DNA of 32,755 bases from an uncultured Actinomycetes bacterium (GTDB taxonomy: Bacteria; Actinomycetota; UBA4738; HRBIN12): contig CAZZND010000005.1 in NCBI GenBank assembly GCA_964655465.1, forward strand, positions 1 through 32,755, in the 5' to 3' direction. A model generated the notes under the pieces. That model saw only the letters and a list, made by a program, of their open reading frames with translations. It ran no database searches and was not told where the DNA came from. The position numbers and the translations under genes are program-made. Positions 1 through 9,027 of the stretch are shown in pieces (position 1 is the first letter of the stretch; each line of letters opens with the position of its first letter).

Positions 1-50
1 AGTCAAGGTACGCATACATCATGCTACCGCACTATTTCCCAGACAGACCA

Positions 51-263
51 CTAGCGCTGGAGGCGCATCTCACTGGGGACATGTCGTCCGGGGCGGTTCC
101 CCAGTGGATCCGCGCGGCCGCTGACGCGACCGAGGATCTCCTCGCGCGCCGCGACGCCTGGCTCGACCCTGCGTGTGCGCTGCTCGCTGAGGGCCCGGCC
201 ACATTCGTGATCGCGCCCGCCGGGCGGCTCTCTTCCGCTGAGCAGGGCGCCTTGATGTTCCGC
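51..263 (+). pseudogene. Internal fragment of a SIS-domain (GlmS-like sugar isomerase) protein
   Basis: Frame of ORF 21..488 reads LALEAHLTG...RAAADATEDLLARRDAWL...FVIAPAGRLSSAEQGALMFR, resembling actinobacterial SIS proteins. The resemblance stops near 263 and the first 50 nt look unrelated. Confidence 0.5.
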
Positions 264-1073
264 GTGGGGGGACCAAGTTCGTCATGGTGGCCACGCGCTC
301 GCCGATCGGTCGGTTCATCCTGGACGTGGAGCGCGTGCCAGATCCCGGCTCAGAAGCCGCGATCGCCGTCTGCTGCTTCGAGCGCCTGGCGCCGCACGTC
401 CCTGGGACCCAGGCGATCGTCTACGACACCGCGCTTCGGGGAGTCCATCACCAGAAGATCCTCAGAGAGCTCGGGATCGTGCCCGTGAACAAGGTCGCCG
501 CCGCGGAGACTTTCGCGAGCAAGACCCTCAGGCGCAAGATCAAGCGGCGCGAGAAGACCGTGCATGTCGAGGACAAGGAAGTCAGGCTTCCCGACGGCTC
601 GGCCCTCACGGTCCGGCTCTTCTCCGAGGCGGGAGCGATCGGCCTCATGCGCCCGACAGAGGCGGGTGAACTGGAGTTCACCCCCCTCGCTCGCAAGAGA
701 ACGCACCGGATGAAGGCGGCAGACTCAGGCCTGTATCGCTGGTACAGCGATTTTCGGCTGCCCGAGCACCTCGGCGGAGGGCAGATCACGGTGCGCCTCC
801 ACCAGAACGACTCCGACCGCAAGCGCAAGTTCAACCGGACCGAGAACGTTCGGCCCATCCCGCCCTCGGACCCGGATTTCCGCCGCCTCTACGGGCGCCG
901 GAACGACTCCGAATCGCTCAACCGGTCCTTGGAGGACACCCTGTTCCTCGGCAGAGCTCACAGCCTGGGATGGCGCCGTCAGCAGGTCGAGATGCTCGGC
1001 TGGGCTGTGATGGTCAACGCCCTCACGGATGGCTCGCCACAGAGCTGCTGAGGACGTCGAAGCGGCCGCCTGA
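263..1073 (+). mobile_element. 5'-truncated DDE transposase (IS4/IS5-superfamily-like) with a probable frameshift near the C-terminus
   Basis: ORF 284..1051 has IVYDTALRG (acidic catalytic region) and LYGRRNDSESLNRSLED (Y-x2-R-x3-E, YREK-like). No N-terminus is present. A 1-nt shift near 1028 gives a plausible tail MARHRAAEDVEAAA-stop at 1073. Confidence 0.6.
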
Positions 1074-1237
1074 CTCGCTCCACCCCCGGCACAACCCCGG
1101 CAAGGATCCGGGCTGCCCCGAAGGCACCCCTCAGGCCGAGATGGCGTTACCGCGCCCGCCCCCACCTCCACTCGCTACACTTCAACGCGCTGGTAGTGAC
1201 CTCGGTAGCGATCTCTGCCAGGTTTTCTACCGGCCCG

Positions 1238-1313
1238 GGCCAGGTAGCTCAGTTGGCAGAGCACGCGGCTGAAAACCGCGGTGTCGGCAGTTCGATTCTG
1301 CCCCTGGCCACCA
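1238..1313 (+). tRNA. tRNA-Phe (GAA)
   Basis: Acceptor stem GGCCAGG/CCTGGCC, D arm, anticodon stem CGCGG/CCGCG with loop CTGAAAA (GAA at 1271-1273), T-loop TTCGATT, encoded CCA at 1311-1313; 76 nt. Confidence 0.97.
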
Positions 1314-1330
1314 CCCCCTAGACTCCGCGC

Positions 1331-2689
1331 ATGTCCGGTGTCGATCCCGTCCGCGTGAAGGCCCTGAAGGACGCCGAGGACGCGCGTTTCCACGACGAAC
1401 ACCCCCGCTCCATCGAGCTCCGCAAGCGCGCCTCGGCCGTCATGCCGAACGGGGTCCCGATGGCGTGGCTCCGCAGCAGCTACCACCACGAGCCGCCGTG
1501 GGTCGCGCACGCGGCTGGCGCGCGGTTCACCGACGTCGACGGGCATACGTACAGCGACTTCAACATCGCCGACATGTCGATGTTCTGCGGCTACGCGCCC
1601 GAACCGGTCGTTCGCGCGGTCGACGAAGCGATGCGCAACGGCAACCAGTTCCTGCTTCCGACCGAGGATTCGATCGTCGTCTCCGAGGAGCTCGGCCGGC
1701 GCTACGGCCTGCCGATGTGGCAGTACACGTCGTCGGCGTCGCAGGCGAACGTCGAGGCGATCCGCGTGGCACGTGTGGTGACCGGGCGGCAGAAGGTGCT
1801 GTTCTTCGACGGCAAGTACCACGGGCACTTCGACCAGTCGCTCGTGGAGCTGGGACCGACCGGTGCGCTCGTGCCCGAGGAGCGCGGTCTGCCCGACACC
1901 GCCACCGCCCAGTCCGTCATGATCTCGTTCAACGACGTCGAGGCGCTCGCCGGGGCGCTCGGTCACGGCGACATCGCGATCGTGATGACCGAGCCGGCGC
2001 TCACGAACGCGGTCGGGCTGCTGCTGCCCGACGACGGCTTCCACGAGGCGCTCCGCCGGCTCACCCGTGAGGCCGGCGCTCTGCTGTGCTACGACGAGAC
2101 CCACACCCAGGTCTTCGGACCCGGAGGGCTCACCAGGGCCTGGGGGCTCGAGCCCGACGTGGTGACGGTCGGCAAGTCGATCGCCGGCGGTGTGCCGTTC
2201 GGCGCCTGGGGGATGACCGAGGCGATCGGCGAGGTCATGGTCCAGCGCAAGGGACCCGACGGGGAGCGATCCGAGCTGATCGCGACCGGTGGGACCCTGT
2301 TCGGTAACGCGCTCGCGATGGCCGCTGCGAGGGCCACGATGCTCGAGGTCCTGACCGACCAGGCCTACGCCCACACCCAGATGCTCGGGGCGGAGCTCGC
2401 CTACGGGATGCGTGCGGCCGTCGCCCGTGTCGGCCTTCCGTGGTTCATCCATCACCTCGGACCGCGCGCCGGCGCCCACTTCGCGCCGACGCCGCCCCAC
2501 GACGGGGCGGAGGCCCGCGCGACCTCCGACGACCTGCTCTCGCGGTTGACCCGGATCTGGATGGCGAACCGCGGGGTGTGGGAGGCCATCGTCGGCGCGG
2601 GGCCCGTCGTGTCGGTCCCCGCGACGCGCGAGGACGTTACGGCGTACGTGAGCGCGTTCGGCGATCTGCTCGACGAGCTGACACGCTAG
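1331..2689 (+). CDS. Class III PLP-dependent aminotransferase (glutamate-1-semialdehyde aminomutase-like)
   Basis: Motifs DVDGHTYSDF, FDGKYHG, YDETHT, VGKSIAGG (PLP lysine), GGTLFGN. TAGACT lies 6 nt before the ATG. Confidence 0.88.
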   Translation: MSGVDPVRVKALKDAEDARFHDEHPRSIELRKRASAVMPNGVPMAWLRSSYHHEPPWVAHAAGARFTDVDGHTYSDFNIADMSMFCGYAPEPVVRAVDEAMRNGNQFLLPTEDSIVVSEELGRRYGLPMWQYTSSASQANVEAIRVARVVTGRQKVLFFDGKYHGHFDQSLVELGPTGALVPEERGLPDTATAQSVMISFNDVEALAGALGHGDIAIVMTEPALTNAVGLLLPDDGFHEALRRLTREAGALLCYDETHTQVFGPGGLTRAWGLEPDVVTVGKSIAGGVPFGAWGMTEAIGEVMVQRKGPDGERSELIATGGTLFGNALAMAAARATMLEVLTDQAYAHTQMLGAELAYGMRAAVARVGLPWFIHHLGPRAGAHFAPTPPHDGAEARATSDDLLSRLTRIWMANRGVWEAIVGAGPVVSVPATREDVTAYVSAFGDLLDELTR

Positions 2690-3489
2690 TTGAACAGCTC
2701 GCGGCTGCGGATCTCGGCCCAGCGCGTCAGCACGTCCTGGTAGACCTGCGCCGCGTGCGCGGTCTCGTGACGCGACAGCGCGTCGAGGGCGTCCTGCACA
2801 TCGGCGGCGCTGCGGTCGTCGTCCATCTCGTCCCACGTGAGGAAGCCGCAGAGCTCGCCGTAGTCGAGCTCGAGCAGCGACCGGGCGTCGAACGAGGCCA
2901 TCCACTGGTGCAGGTCCACGAGCATCTCGCCGATCGCACCCAGGTCGGACTTCCTGAGGATCGGGATCGCGTTCTCGGCGCGCCGCATCGCGCGCCGGGT
3001 CGTCGTGACGTAGCGCAGATGGTGCTCGCCGTGCTCGTCCTCGGCGAGCGTGCGTTCGTCGTCCTTGAACAGCGTGAACCAGCGGATCGGCACGTGCCAA
3101 GGGCTCTGATGCACGAACGCGATCGAGTACGGGTCGCGGCGGCGCTGCCTGCCCAGCTGCCGCCGGGCTTGGCGGGCGAGGCGCTTCGTCACGAACCGGT
3201 CCGCGAGCTCCATCTCGCTCGCATCGGTGAACGACAGGACCGAGGCCAGCACCCGCATGCGCATGCGGTCCGGCGCCAGGTACGTGCGACCGTCGACCAG
3301 TCGCACCTCGGCGTGCTCACCATCGGCGGGCGCGATCAATCCGAGCCCCTCGGCGGTCACCCGGTCCGCGTACCGCGACGGGCGGGAGCGCCTGGGTCCT
3401 TCGATGAGGTAGCGCTCCCAGTGCAGTTGCTCGTCGCGTTCGAAACCGTCGAGCGGTTGGAACACGCGGAGGTACGCACTGGGGACCAT
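2686..3489 (-). CDS. Conserved actinobacterial hypothetical protein
   Basis: Starts MVPSAYLRVFQPL, contains WHVPIRWF and LLELDYG, ends RSRELFN. GC-skewed codon usage. TAGACT lies 10 nt upstream of the ATG at 3489. Confidence 0.8.
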   Translation of the reverse strand: MVPSAYLRVFQPLDGFERDEQLHWERYLIEGPRRSRPSRYADRVTAEGLGLIAPADGEHAEVRLVDGRTYLAPDRMRMRVLASVLSFTDASEMELADRFVTKRLARQARRQLGRQRRRDPYSIAFVHQSPWHVPIRWFTLFKDDERTLAEDEHGEHHLRYVTTTRRAMRRAENAIPILRKSDLGAIGEMLVDLHQWMASFDARSLLELDYGELCGFLTWDEMDDDRSAADVQDALDALSRHETAHAAQVYQDVLTRWAEIRSRELFN

Positions 3490-3562
3490 GGCGGCTCGCA
3501 GTCTAGTCGTGAGCGCTTCCCCTATCCTGTCGGCTCGCCGAGGACCGGAGCTGAGGGGGCCC

Positions 3563-4624
3563 GTGGACGCACCTGAGCATTGGGGTGGAACGGCACCGAG
3601 CCGGATCCTCGCTCCCGACGGCGAGGCCGTGGGCGACACCGACGTCGGCCTGTCCCCCGACGAGCTCCGCGCGGCCCTGCGGTGGGTTATCGTCGCCCGT
3701 CGCCTGGATCGCGAGTGCATCGCGCTCCAGCGCCAGGGCGAGCTGACCGTGTACCCCGGGTTCGAGGGGCAGGAGGCCGCCCAGATCGGCAGCGTGCTCG
3801 CCCTCGCGCCCCAGGACTTCATCTTCCCGACCTTCCGCGAGCTGGCCGTGGCGCTGGTGCGCGGTGTCGATCCGGTCCGCTACCTCTGGTACCACCGGGG
3901 CACGTGGCACGGTGGGCCGTACGACCCGCGGGCGACCCGGTTCGGACCCATCTGCATCCCGATCGCGACGCAGATCGTGCACGGGGTCGGTCACGCGCTG
4001 GGGCAGGCGCTCGATGGCTCGGATGGCGTGACCGTTGCGTACTTCGGCGACGGCGCGACGAGCGAAGGCGACTTCCACGAGGCCGCCAACATGGCCGGCG
4101 TGTGGAAGGTGCCGCTCGTGCTGTTCTGTCAGAACAACGGGTGGGCGATCAGCGTGCCGACCGCCTCGCAGACGGCGGGTGAGATCTGGCGGCGCGCCGA
4201 GGGCTACGGGTTCCCCGGCGTGCGCGTCGACGGCAACGACGTCCTCGCCGTCTACGCCGCGACGCGCGATGCGGTCGCGCGCGCCCGCTCGGGTGAGGGT
4301 CCGACGCTGATCGAGGCGCTCACGTACCGGATCGGCGCGCACTCGACGGCAGACGACGCCACGCGCTACCGGGGCGAAGACGACGTCGACAGGGCGCGAG
4401 CGTTCGACCCGATCGTGCGCTTCCGCGTGTGGATGCAGGCATCGGGTCATGCGGACGAGGACCTGGTCCGCGGCTACGAGGCCGAAGCCGAGACGTTCGC
4501 GCTCGAGGTCCGCGAGGCCCTGATCGCCCAGGGCGCGCCGCCCGCCGAGTGGGCGTTCGACTGGGTCTACGCCGACCCGCCGGGGCCCTTCCTTCGCCAG
4601 CGCGAGGAGGCGCTCGGTGGCTGA
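3563..4624 (+). CDS. pdhA: 2-oxoacid (pyruvate or branched-chain) dehydrogenase E1 alpha subunit
   Basis: TPP motif GDGATSEGDF...NN, GQEAAQ, YRIGAHSTADD. The GTG start at 3563 was chosen from an upstream GAGGGGG and is uncertain; substrate is not determinable (could be bkdA). Confidence 0.88.
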   Translation: MDAPEHWGGTAPSRILAPDGEAVGDTDVGLSPDELRAALRWVIVARRLDRECIALQRQGELTVYPGFEGQEAAQIGSVLALAPQDFIFPTFRELAVALVRGVDPVRYLWYHRGTWHGGPYDPRATRFGPICIPIATQIVHGVGHALGQALDGSDGVTVAYFGDGATSEGDFHEAANMAGVWKVPLVLFCQNNGWAISVPTASQTAGEIWRRAEGYGFPGVRVDGNDVLAVYAATRDAVARARSGEGPTLIEALTYRIGAHSTADDATRYRGEDDVDRARAFDPIVRFRVWMQASGHADEDLVRGYEAEAETFALEVREALIAQGAPPAEWAFDWVYADPPGPFLRQREEALGG

Positions 4625-5594
4625 GTGGACGATGAGCGGTGCGCTGAACCGGGCGCTGTTCGACGCGCTGGCCTCCGATCCCCGCGTGCTGGTGTTCGGC
4701 CAGGACGTCGGGGTCTCGGGCGGGGTGTTCCGCGTGACCGACGGCCTCCAGGCGGAGTACGGCGACCGGCGCGTGTTCGACACGCCGATCGCCGAGGCCG
4801 GCATCGTCGGAACCGCCGTCGGCCTGTGCTTCGCGGGCTGGCGGCCCGTGATCGAGATGCAGTTCGACGCGTTCAGCTACCCGGGGCTCGAACAGGTCAT
4901 CGACCACGTCGCGAAGATGCGGATGCGCACCCGCGGCCGGGTCGACATGCCTATCACCATCCGGATCGCGTCCTTCGGCGGCATCAAGGGCAAGGAGCAC
5001 CACGGCGAGAGCCCCGAGACCTACTACGTGCACACGGCCGGGCTGAAGGTCGTCGTGCCATCGTCGCCGCTCGATGCCTACCGGTTGCTGCGCTACGCCA
5101 TCGCGGACCCCGACCCGGTGGTCGTGCTCGAGCCGAAAGCGCGCTATTGGGGCAAGGAGTCGGGTGACCTCTCGGCCGAGGGGGCCGGGATCGGCGAGGG
5201 CCGGGTGCTGCGCAACGGCAACGACGTCACCTTGATCGCCTACGGCGCGATGGTGGCTAGGGGGTTGGACGCCGCGGCCGTCCTGGCCGACGAGGACGGC
5301 CTCGGCGCGCGGGTGGTGGACCTCCGGTCGCTCTCGCCACTGGACGAGGACCTGCTCGCGAGGTGCGCGCGCGAGACCGGCCGCATGGTCGTGATCCACG
5401 AGGCCCCGCGCACGCTCGGGATGGGCGCCGAGGTCGCGGCGCGCGTGATGGAGTTGGCCTTCGACTCGCTCGCGGCGCCGGTCGCGAGAGTGACGGGGTG
5501 GGACGCGCCCTATCCCCCGGCATCGCTGGAGCAGGGCTACCTGCCGAGCGTGGACCGGATCGTCGAAGCGGCGCGTCGGGTGGTGCGCTACTGA
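4617..5594 (+). CDS. pdhB: 2-oxoacid dehydrogenase E1 beta subunit
   Basis: GQDVGVSGGVFRVTDGL, FDTPIAEAGI, EMQF, HHGESPE, DLRSLSPLD. Overlaps the E1 alpha stop. Confidence 0.92.
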   Translation: MAEWTMSGALNRALFDALASDPRVLVFGQDVGVSGGVFRVTDGLQAEYGDRRVFDTPIAEAGIVGTAVGLCFAGWRPVIEMQFDAFSYPGLEQVIDHVAKMRMRTRGRVDMPITIRIASFGGIKGKEHHGESPETYYVHTAGLKVVVPSSPLDAYRLLRYAIADPDPVVVLEPKARYWGKESGDLSAEGAGIGEGRVLRNGNDVTLIAYGAMVARGLDAAAVLADEDGLGARVVDLRSLSPLDEDLLARCARETGRMVVIHEAPRTLGMGAEVAARVMELAFDSLAAPVARVTGWDAPYPPASLEQGYLPSVDRIVEAARRVVRY

Positions 5595-6658
5595 TGGCCG
5601 AGCGGGTGTTCACGATGCCGGACCTCGGCGAAGGCCTGGAGGAAGGGCGGATCGTCGAGTGGCTCGTGCGCGAGGGCGACGTCGTCGCGCTGAACCAGCC
5701 GCTGGTCGAGGTCGAGACGGCGAAGGCCGCGGTCGAGATCCCGTCGCCGTTCGCAGGGGTCGTTCTGACCCTGCATGGCGCCGAGGGTGAGGACGTGCCC
5801 GTCGGGGCAGCGTTGGTCACCTTCGACGTGAAAGGTGAACCGGGAACGGCCGGCGACGCCGCACCCGCTCGAGCGACACCGCCCGTGCGGAAGCTCGCGA
5901 AGGAGCTGGGGGTGGACCTGTCCGCCGTGTCCGGGAGCGGTCCTGGTGGGCGGGTCACGGAGGATGACGTGCGGGCTCTTGCTGGTGGCGCCCCGGTAAG
6001 CACGGTCGAGCTGACGCCCGCGCGGCGGGCGATCGCGGCGAACCTGGAGCGGCAGGCGGCCATCCCGCAGGTCACCACGTTCCGCACGCTGGACTGTTCG
6101 GCGCTGGAGACGTTCCGTCGCGAGCTCGAGGTCTCGCCGCTGCCGGTGCTGGTCGCAGCCCTCTGCAAGGCGCTCGCCACCCATCCGATGGCGAACGCCG
6201 CGTGGGGCGGGGACCACATCGCGACCCGAGAGACGGTCAACGTCGGTCTCGCCGCCGACACCGAGCGGGGCCTGGTCGTGCCGGTGGTGCACGACGCGCA
6301 GGACCGGGGCATCGGTGAGCTCGCCGGCGAGATCCGCCGCCTCGCCGAGGGCGCTCGGACCGGTGGCCTCACGGCGGCGGATCTCGCCGGCGCCACCGTG
6401 GCGGTCTCGAACACGGGCTCCTACGGCTCCGAAGCCGGGACGCCGATCCTCTCGCCGGGCACGAGCGTGACGCTCGCGTTCGGGGTGATCGCACCGAGAG
6501 CGGTGGTGGTCGACGGCCAGGTCGTGGCGCGGCCGGCCGCGATCCTGTCGCTCACGTTCGATCATCGCGTGCTCGACGGGGCCGCGGCCGGCCGCTTCCT
6601 GACCGACCTCGTCGCCGTCTTGCAGTCCCCGGACCGCCTGCGAGACTTGCCGCGATGA
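5594..6658 (+). CDS. pdhC: Dihydrolipoamide acyltransferase (E2) with a single lipoyl domain
   Basis: MPDLGEGL, lipoyl VETAKA, peripheral-subunit-binding ATPPVRKLAKELGVDL...GSGPGGRVT, catalytic FDHRVLDG. TGATG coupling with E1 beta. Confidence 0.92.
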   Translation: MAERVFTMPDLGEGLEEGRIVEWLVREGDVVALNQPLVEVETAKAAVEIPSPFAGVVLTLHGAEGEDVPVGAALVTFDVKGEPGTAGDAAPARATPPVRKLAKELGVDLSAVSGSGPGGRVTEDDVRALAGGAPVSTVELTPARRAIAANLERQAAIPQVTTFRTLDCSALETFRRELEVSPLPVLVAALCKALATHPMANAAWGGDHIATRETVNVGLAADTERGLVVPVVHDAQDRGIGELAGEIRRLAEGARTGGLTAADLAGATVAVSNTGSYGSEAGTPILSPGTSVTLAFGVIAPRAVVVDGQVVARPAAILSLTFDHRVLDGAAAGRFLTDLVAVLQSPDRLRDLPR

Positions 6659-7569
6659 AGATCGCGTCGCTCCTGCCGTCGGCCACCGAGATGGTCTACG
6701 CCCTCGGGCTCGGCGACGACCTCGTCGGGGTCACCGACGAGTGCGACTACCCCGCCGAGGCGGTCACGAAGCCGGTGATCAGCCGAAGCGCACTCCCCCA
6801 GGGCCGGGTCCAGACCGCGCGCCAGATCGACGACGCGGTCCGCGAGCAGGTCGGCCAAGGTCAGCCGTTGTACATCCTCGACACCGAGCTCCTGCGGCGC
6901 GAGCAGCCCGAGGTGATCTTGACCCAGGACCTGTGCCGCGTCTGCGCCGTGCCGAGCGGCCAGGTGAAGCAGGCGCTCGACAAGATCGGCCTGCCGGACG
7001 CGAAGGTGGTCACCCTCGACCCCAAGACCCTCGACGAGGTGATCGCGCAGCTCGAGATCGTCGGCAAGCTCCTCGGGCGCGCCGAGCAGGGCGCCGAGCT
7101 CGCGTCGACGCTCCGCGAGCGCGTGACCGCCGTCAAGGAGACCGCGAAGCGGGTGCCGACGGTGAGCGTCTTCGCGCTCGAATGGTCGGACCCGCCGTTC
7201 TCGGCCGGACATTGGATCCCCGAGATGATCGAGATCGTCGGTGGCACACCGGTGCTCGCAGAGAAGGGGCAGCCGAGCCGCGAGACCGCCTGGCACGAGA
7301 TCCGGTCGGCCGCGCCCGAGGTCATCGTGTTCATGCCATGCGGCTATTACCTGGAAGAGGCCGAGGACGAGGCCGCCGCGTTCCTCGATCACCCGGAGTT
7401 CACCGACACCCCGGCGGCCCGCAACGGCCAGGTCTACGCGGTCGACGCGACCTCGTTCTTCAGCCGGCCCGGTCCTCGGATCGTCGACGGGCTCGAGATC
7501 TTGGCGTGGGCGGTGCACCCGGACTTCTACCCGGCGCCGCCCGACGGCACGATCGCCAAGCTCGGCTGA
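6655..7569 (+). CDS. Cobalamin/Fe-siderophore-type binding protein (BtuF-like) with no evident signal peptide
   Basis: MKIASLLPSATE, VGVTDECDYP, TQDLCRVCAV, FSRPGPRIVDG. ATGA overlap with E2. Confidence 0.85.
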   Translation: MKIASLLPSATEMVYALGLGDDLVGVTDECDYPAEAVTKPVISRSALPQGRVQTARQIDDAVREQVGQGQPLYILDTELLRREQPEVILTQDLCRVCAVPSGQVKQALDKIGLPDAKVVTLDPKTLDEVIAQLEIVGKLLGRAEQGAELASTLRERVTAVKETAKRVPTVSVFALEWSDPPFSAGHWIPEMIEIVGGTPVLAEKGQPSRETAWHEIRSAAPEVIVFMPCGYYLEEAEDEAAAFLDHPEFTDTPAARNGQVYAVDATSFFSRPGPRIVDGLEILAWAVHPDFYPAPPDGTIAKLG

Positions 7570-8345
7570 TGCCGCCGACCGATCCCGCCGACGCGCCGAT
7601 CCTCGAGTTCGACCCGGCTCCGACGGCCATCATCGAGCCGAACGAGATCATCGACCCGATCGACATCCCGCACCACGTCGTCCTGTGCTTCTTCCAAGAC
7701 GTGATCGAGAAGGTCGTGGCCGAGCACGACGGCCGCCAGATCGACGTGCTCGTCTCCGAGATCGGGCAGAACCCGGTGTATGAGCTCGAGTACGGCGGCG
7801 AGCGGCTGGCCTTGGCGCACCCCGGGGTGGGTGCCCCGCTCGCCGCCGGGTTCACCGAGGAGCTGATCGCACGCGGATGCAGGGCGTTCGTCGCGTGCGG
7901 GGGCGCCGGGGTCCTCGTCGCCGATGTCGCGCTCGGCCACGTCGTCGTCCCCACGACGGCGGTCCGCGATGAGGGCACGAGCTACCACTATCTGCCCGCG
8001 GGTCGCACGGTCGAGCCGAGCGCCGAGGCGGTCGGCGCGATCGCCGCCACCCTCGAGCAGCACGGCGTGCCGTACGTCCTCGGGACCACGTGGACCACCG
8101 ACGCCCTCTACCGCGAGACCCGGGGGAAGGCCGAACGCCGTGTGGCCGAGGGTTGTCTGACCGTCGAGATGGAGGCGGCGGCGTTCTTCGCCGTCGCCGC
8201 GTTCCGCGGGGTCACGTTCGGCCAGCTCCTGTATGCGGGCGATGACCTGTCGGGCGAGGACTGGGACCAGCGGGGCTGGGACGAGCACGTCGAGGGGCGA
8301 GAGCTCCTGTTCCGCCTCGCCGCCGAGGCGGTCCTGCGCCTCTAG
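7569..8345 (+). CDS. Nucleoside (uridine/purine) phosphorylase family protein
   Basis: GVGAPLAA, CGGAG, AVRDEGTSYHY, WTTDALYRET, VEMEAAA. TGATG coupling. Confidence 0.9.
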   Translation: MPPTDPADAPILEFDPAPTAIIEPNEIIDPIDIPHHVVLCFFQDVIEKVVAEHDGRQIDVLVSEIGQNPVYELEYGGERLALAHPGVGAPLAAGFTEELIARGCRAFVACGGAGVLVADVALGHVVVPTTAVRDEGTSYHYLPAGRTVEPSAEAVGAIAATLEQHGVPYVLGTTWTTDALYRETRGKAERRVAEGCLTVEMEAAAFFAVAAFRGVTFGQLLYAGDDLSGEDWDQRGWDEHVEGRELLFRLAAEAVLRL

Positions 8346-8359
8346 TAGTCTCGCGCCCG

Positions 8360-8578
8360 ATGAGAGGGACGAACGCCGTGACGCCCGAGGATCTCGGTAA
8401 ACGCGTCACGTTCCAGTTCGAGCTGCCCAATGGCTACGTGAGCGAGGCCGTCGGCGTGTTCGAACGCTGGGACGAGGCCGCCGAGACCTACTTCGTGCGC
8501 AAGAAGGACGGCACCGAGGTCCGCGTACCGGCCCGCGGTGTGCGCCACGGCAAGATCATCCCCGACCCCGCCCCGTAG
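8360..8578 (+). CDS. Small beta-rich hypothetical protein (SH3-like)
   Basis: EDLGKRVTF...VGVFERWD...VRKKDGTEVRVP...GKIIP. Good codon usage; TAGTCT 8 nt before the ATG; alternative GTG start at 8378. Confidence 0.75.
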   Translation: MRGTNAVTPEDLGKRVTFQFELPNGYVSEAVGVFERWDEAAETYFVRKKDGTEVRVPARGVRHGKIIPDPAP

Positions 8579-8611
8579 ACCGGCGCCGACGCGCGACCCC
8601 AGGAGGAACCC

Positions 8612-9010
8612 GTGAGCGACCTGCCCACCTCGCTGATCCGTCTCCGTCTCGGCCAGGAGGACGCCCACTACGGCGGCAACCTGGTCGCCGGCTCCACGCA
8701 GCTCAAGATCGTCGGCGACCTGATCACCGAGCTCGCGATGCGCTACGACGGCGACGAGGGCCTGTTCCGCGCCTACGAGACCGTCGAGTTCCTGGCCCCG
8801 CTGTACGCCGGGGACTGGATCGAGGCGAGAGCCAAGATCGTGAGCGTCGGCAACTCGAGCCGCCGGTGCGAGTTCGAGATCCACAAGATCGGCGGCGCGC
8901 GGACCGACATCAGCGAAAGCGCCGCGGAGTTCCTGGACGAGCCCGTGCTCACCTTGAAGGCGATCGGCACCACGGTCGTGCCGAAGGAGCACCAGCGGTT
9001 CGATCACTGA
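8612..9010 (+). CDS. kal: 3-aminobutyryl-CoA ammonia-lyase (hot-dog fold)
   Basis: Signature DAHYGGNLVAG...GDLITEL...DGDEGLFRAY..VEFLAP.YAGD.IEA...GNSSR. AGGAGG Shine-Dalgarno before the GTG. Confidence 0.85.
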   Translation: MSDLPTSLIRLRLGQEDAHYGGNLVAGSTQLKIVGDLITELAMRYDGDEGLFRAYETVEFLAPLYAGDWIEARAKIVSVGNSSRRCEFEIHKIGGARTDISESAAEFLDEPVLTLKAIGTTVVPKEHQRFDH

Positions 9011-9027
9011 CCGCGGGCTCGCACCCC

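Noticed and set aside
1238-1330. tRNA-Phe as an integration (att) site for an island
   Set aside because: No integrase and no duplicate of the tRNA 3' end seen in the window; the downstream genes are housekeeping.
1331-2689. Calling the aminotransferase hemL
   Set aside because: It is divergent from canonical HemL motifs and has no heme-pathway neighbours; only the family is supportable.
1175-3100. 641-aa minus-strand ORF
   Set aside because: Shadow ORF antisense to the aminotransferase and tRNA; Arg/Gly-rich with no motifs, typical of high-GC DNA.
6560-6660. Cobalamin riboswitch before the BtuF-like gene
   Set aside because: The gene overlaps the E2 stop; there is no intergenic space.
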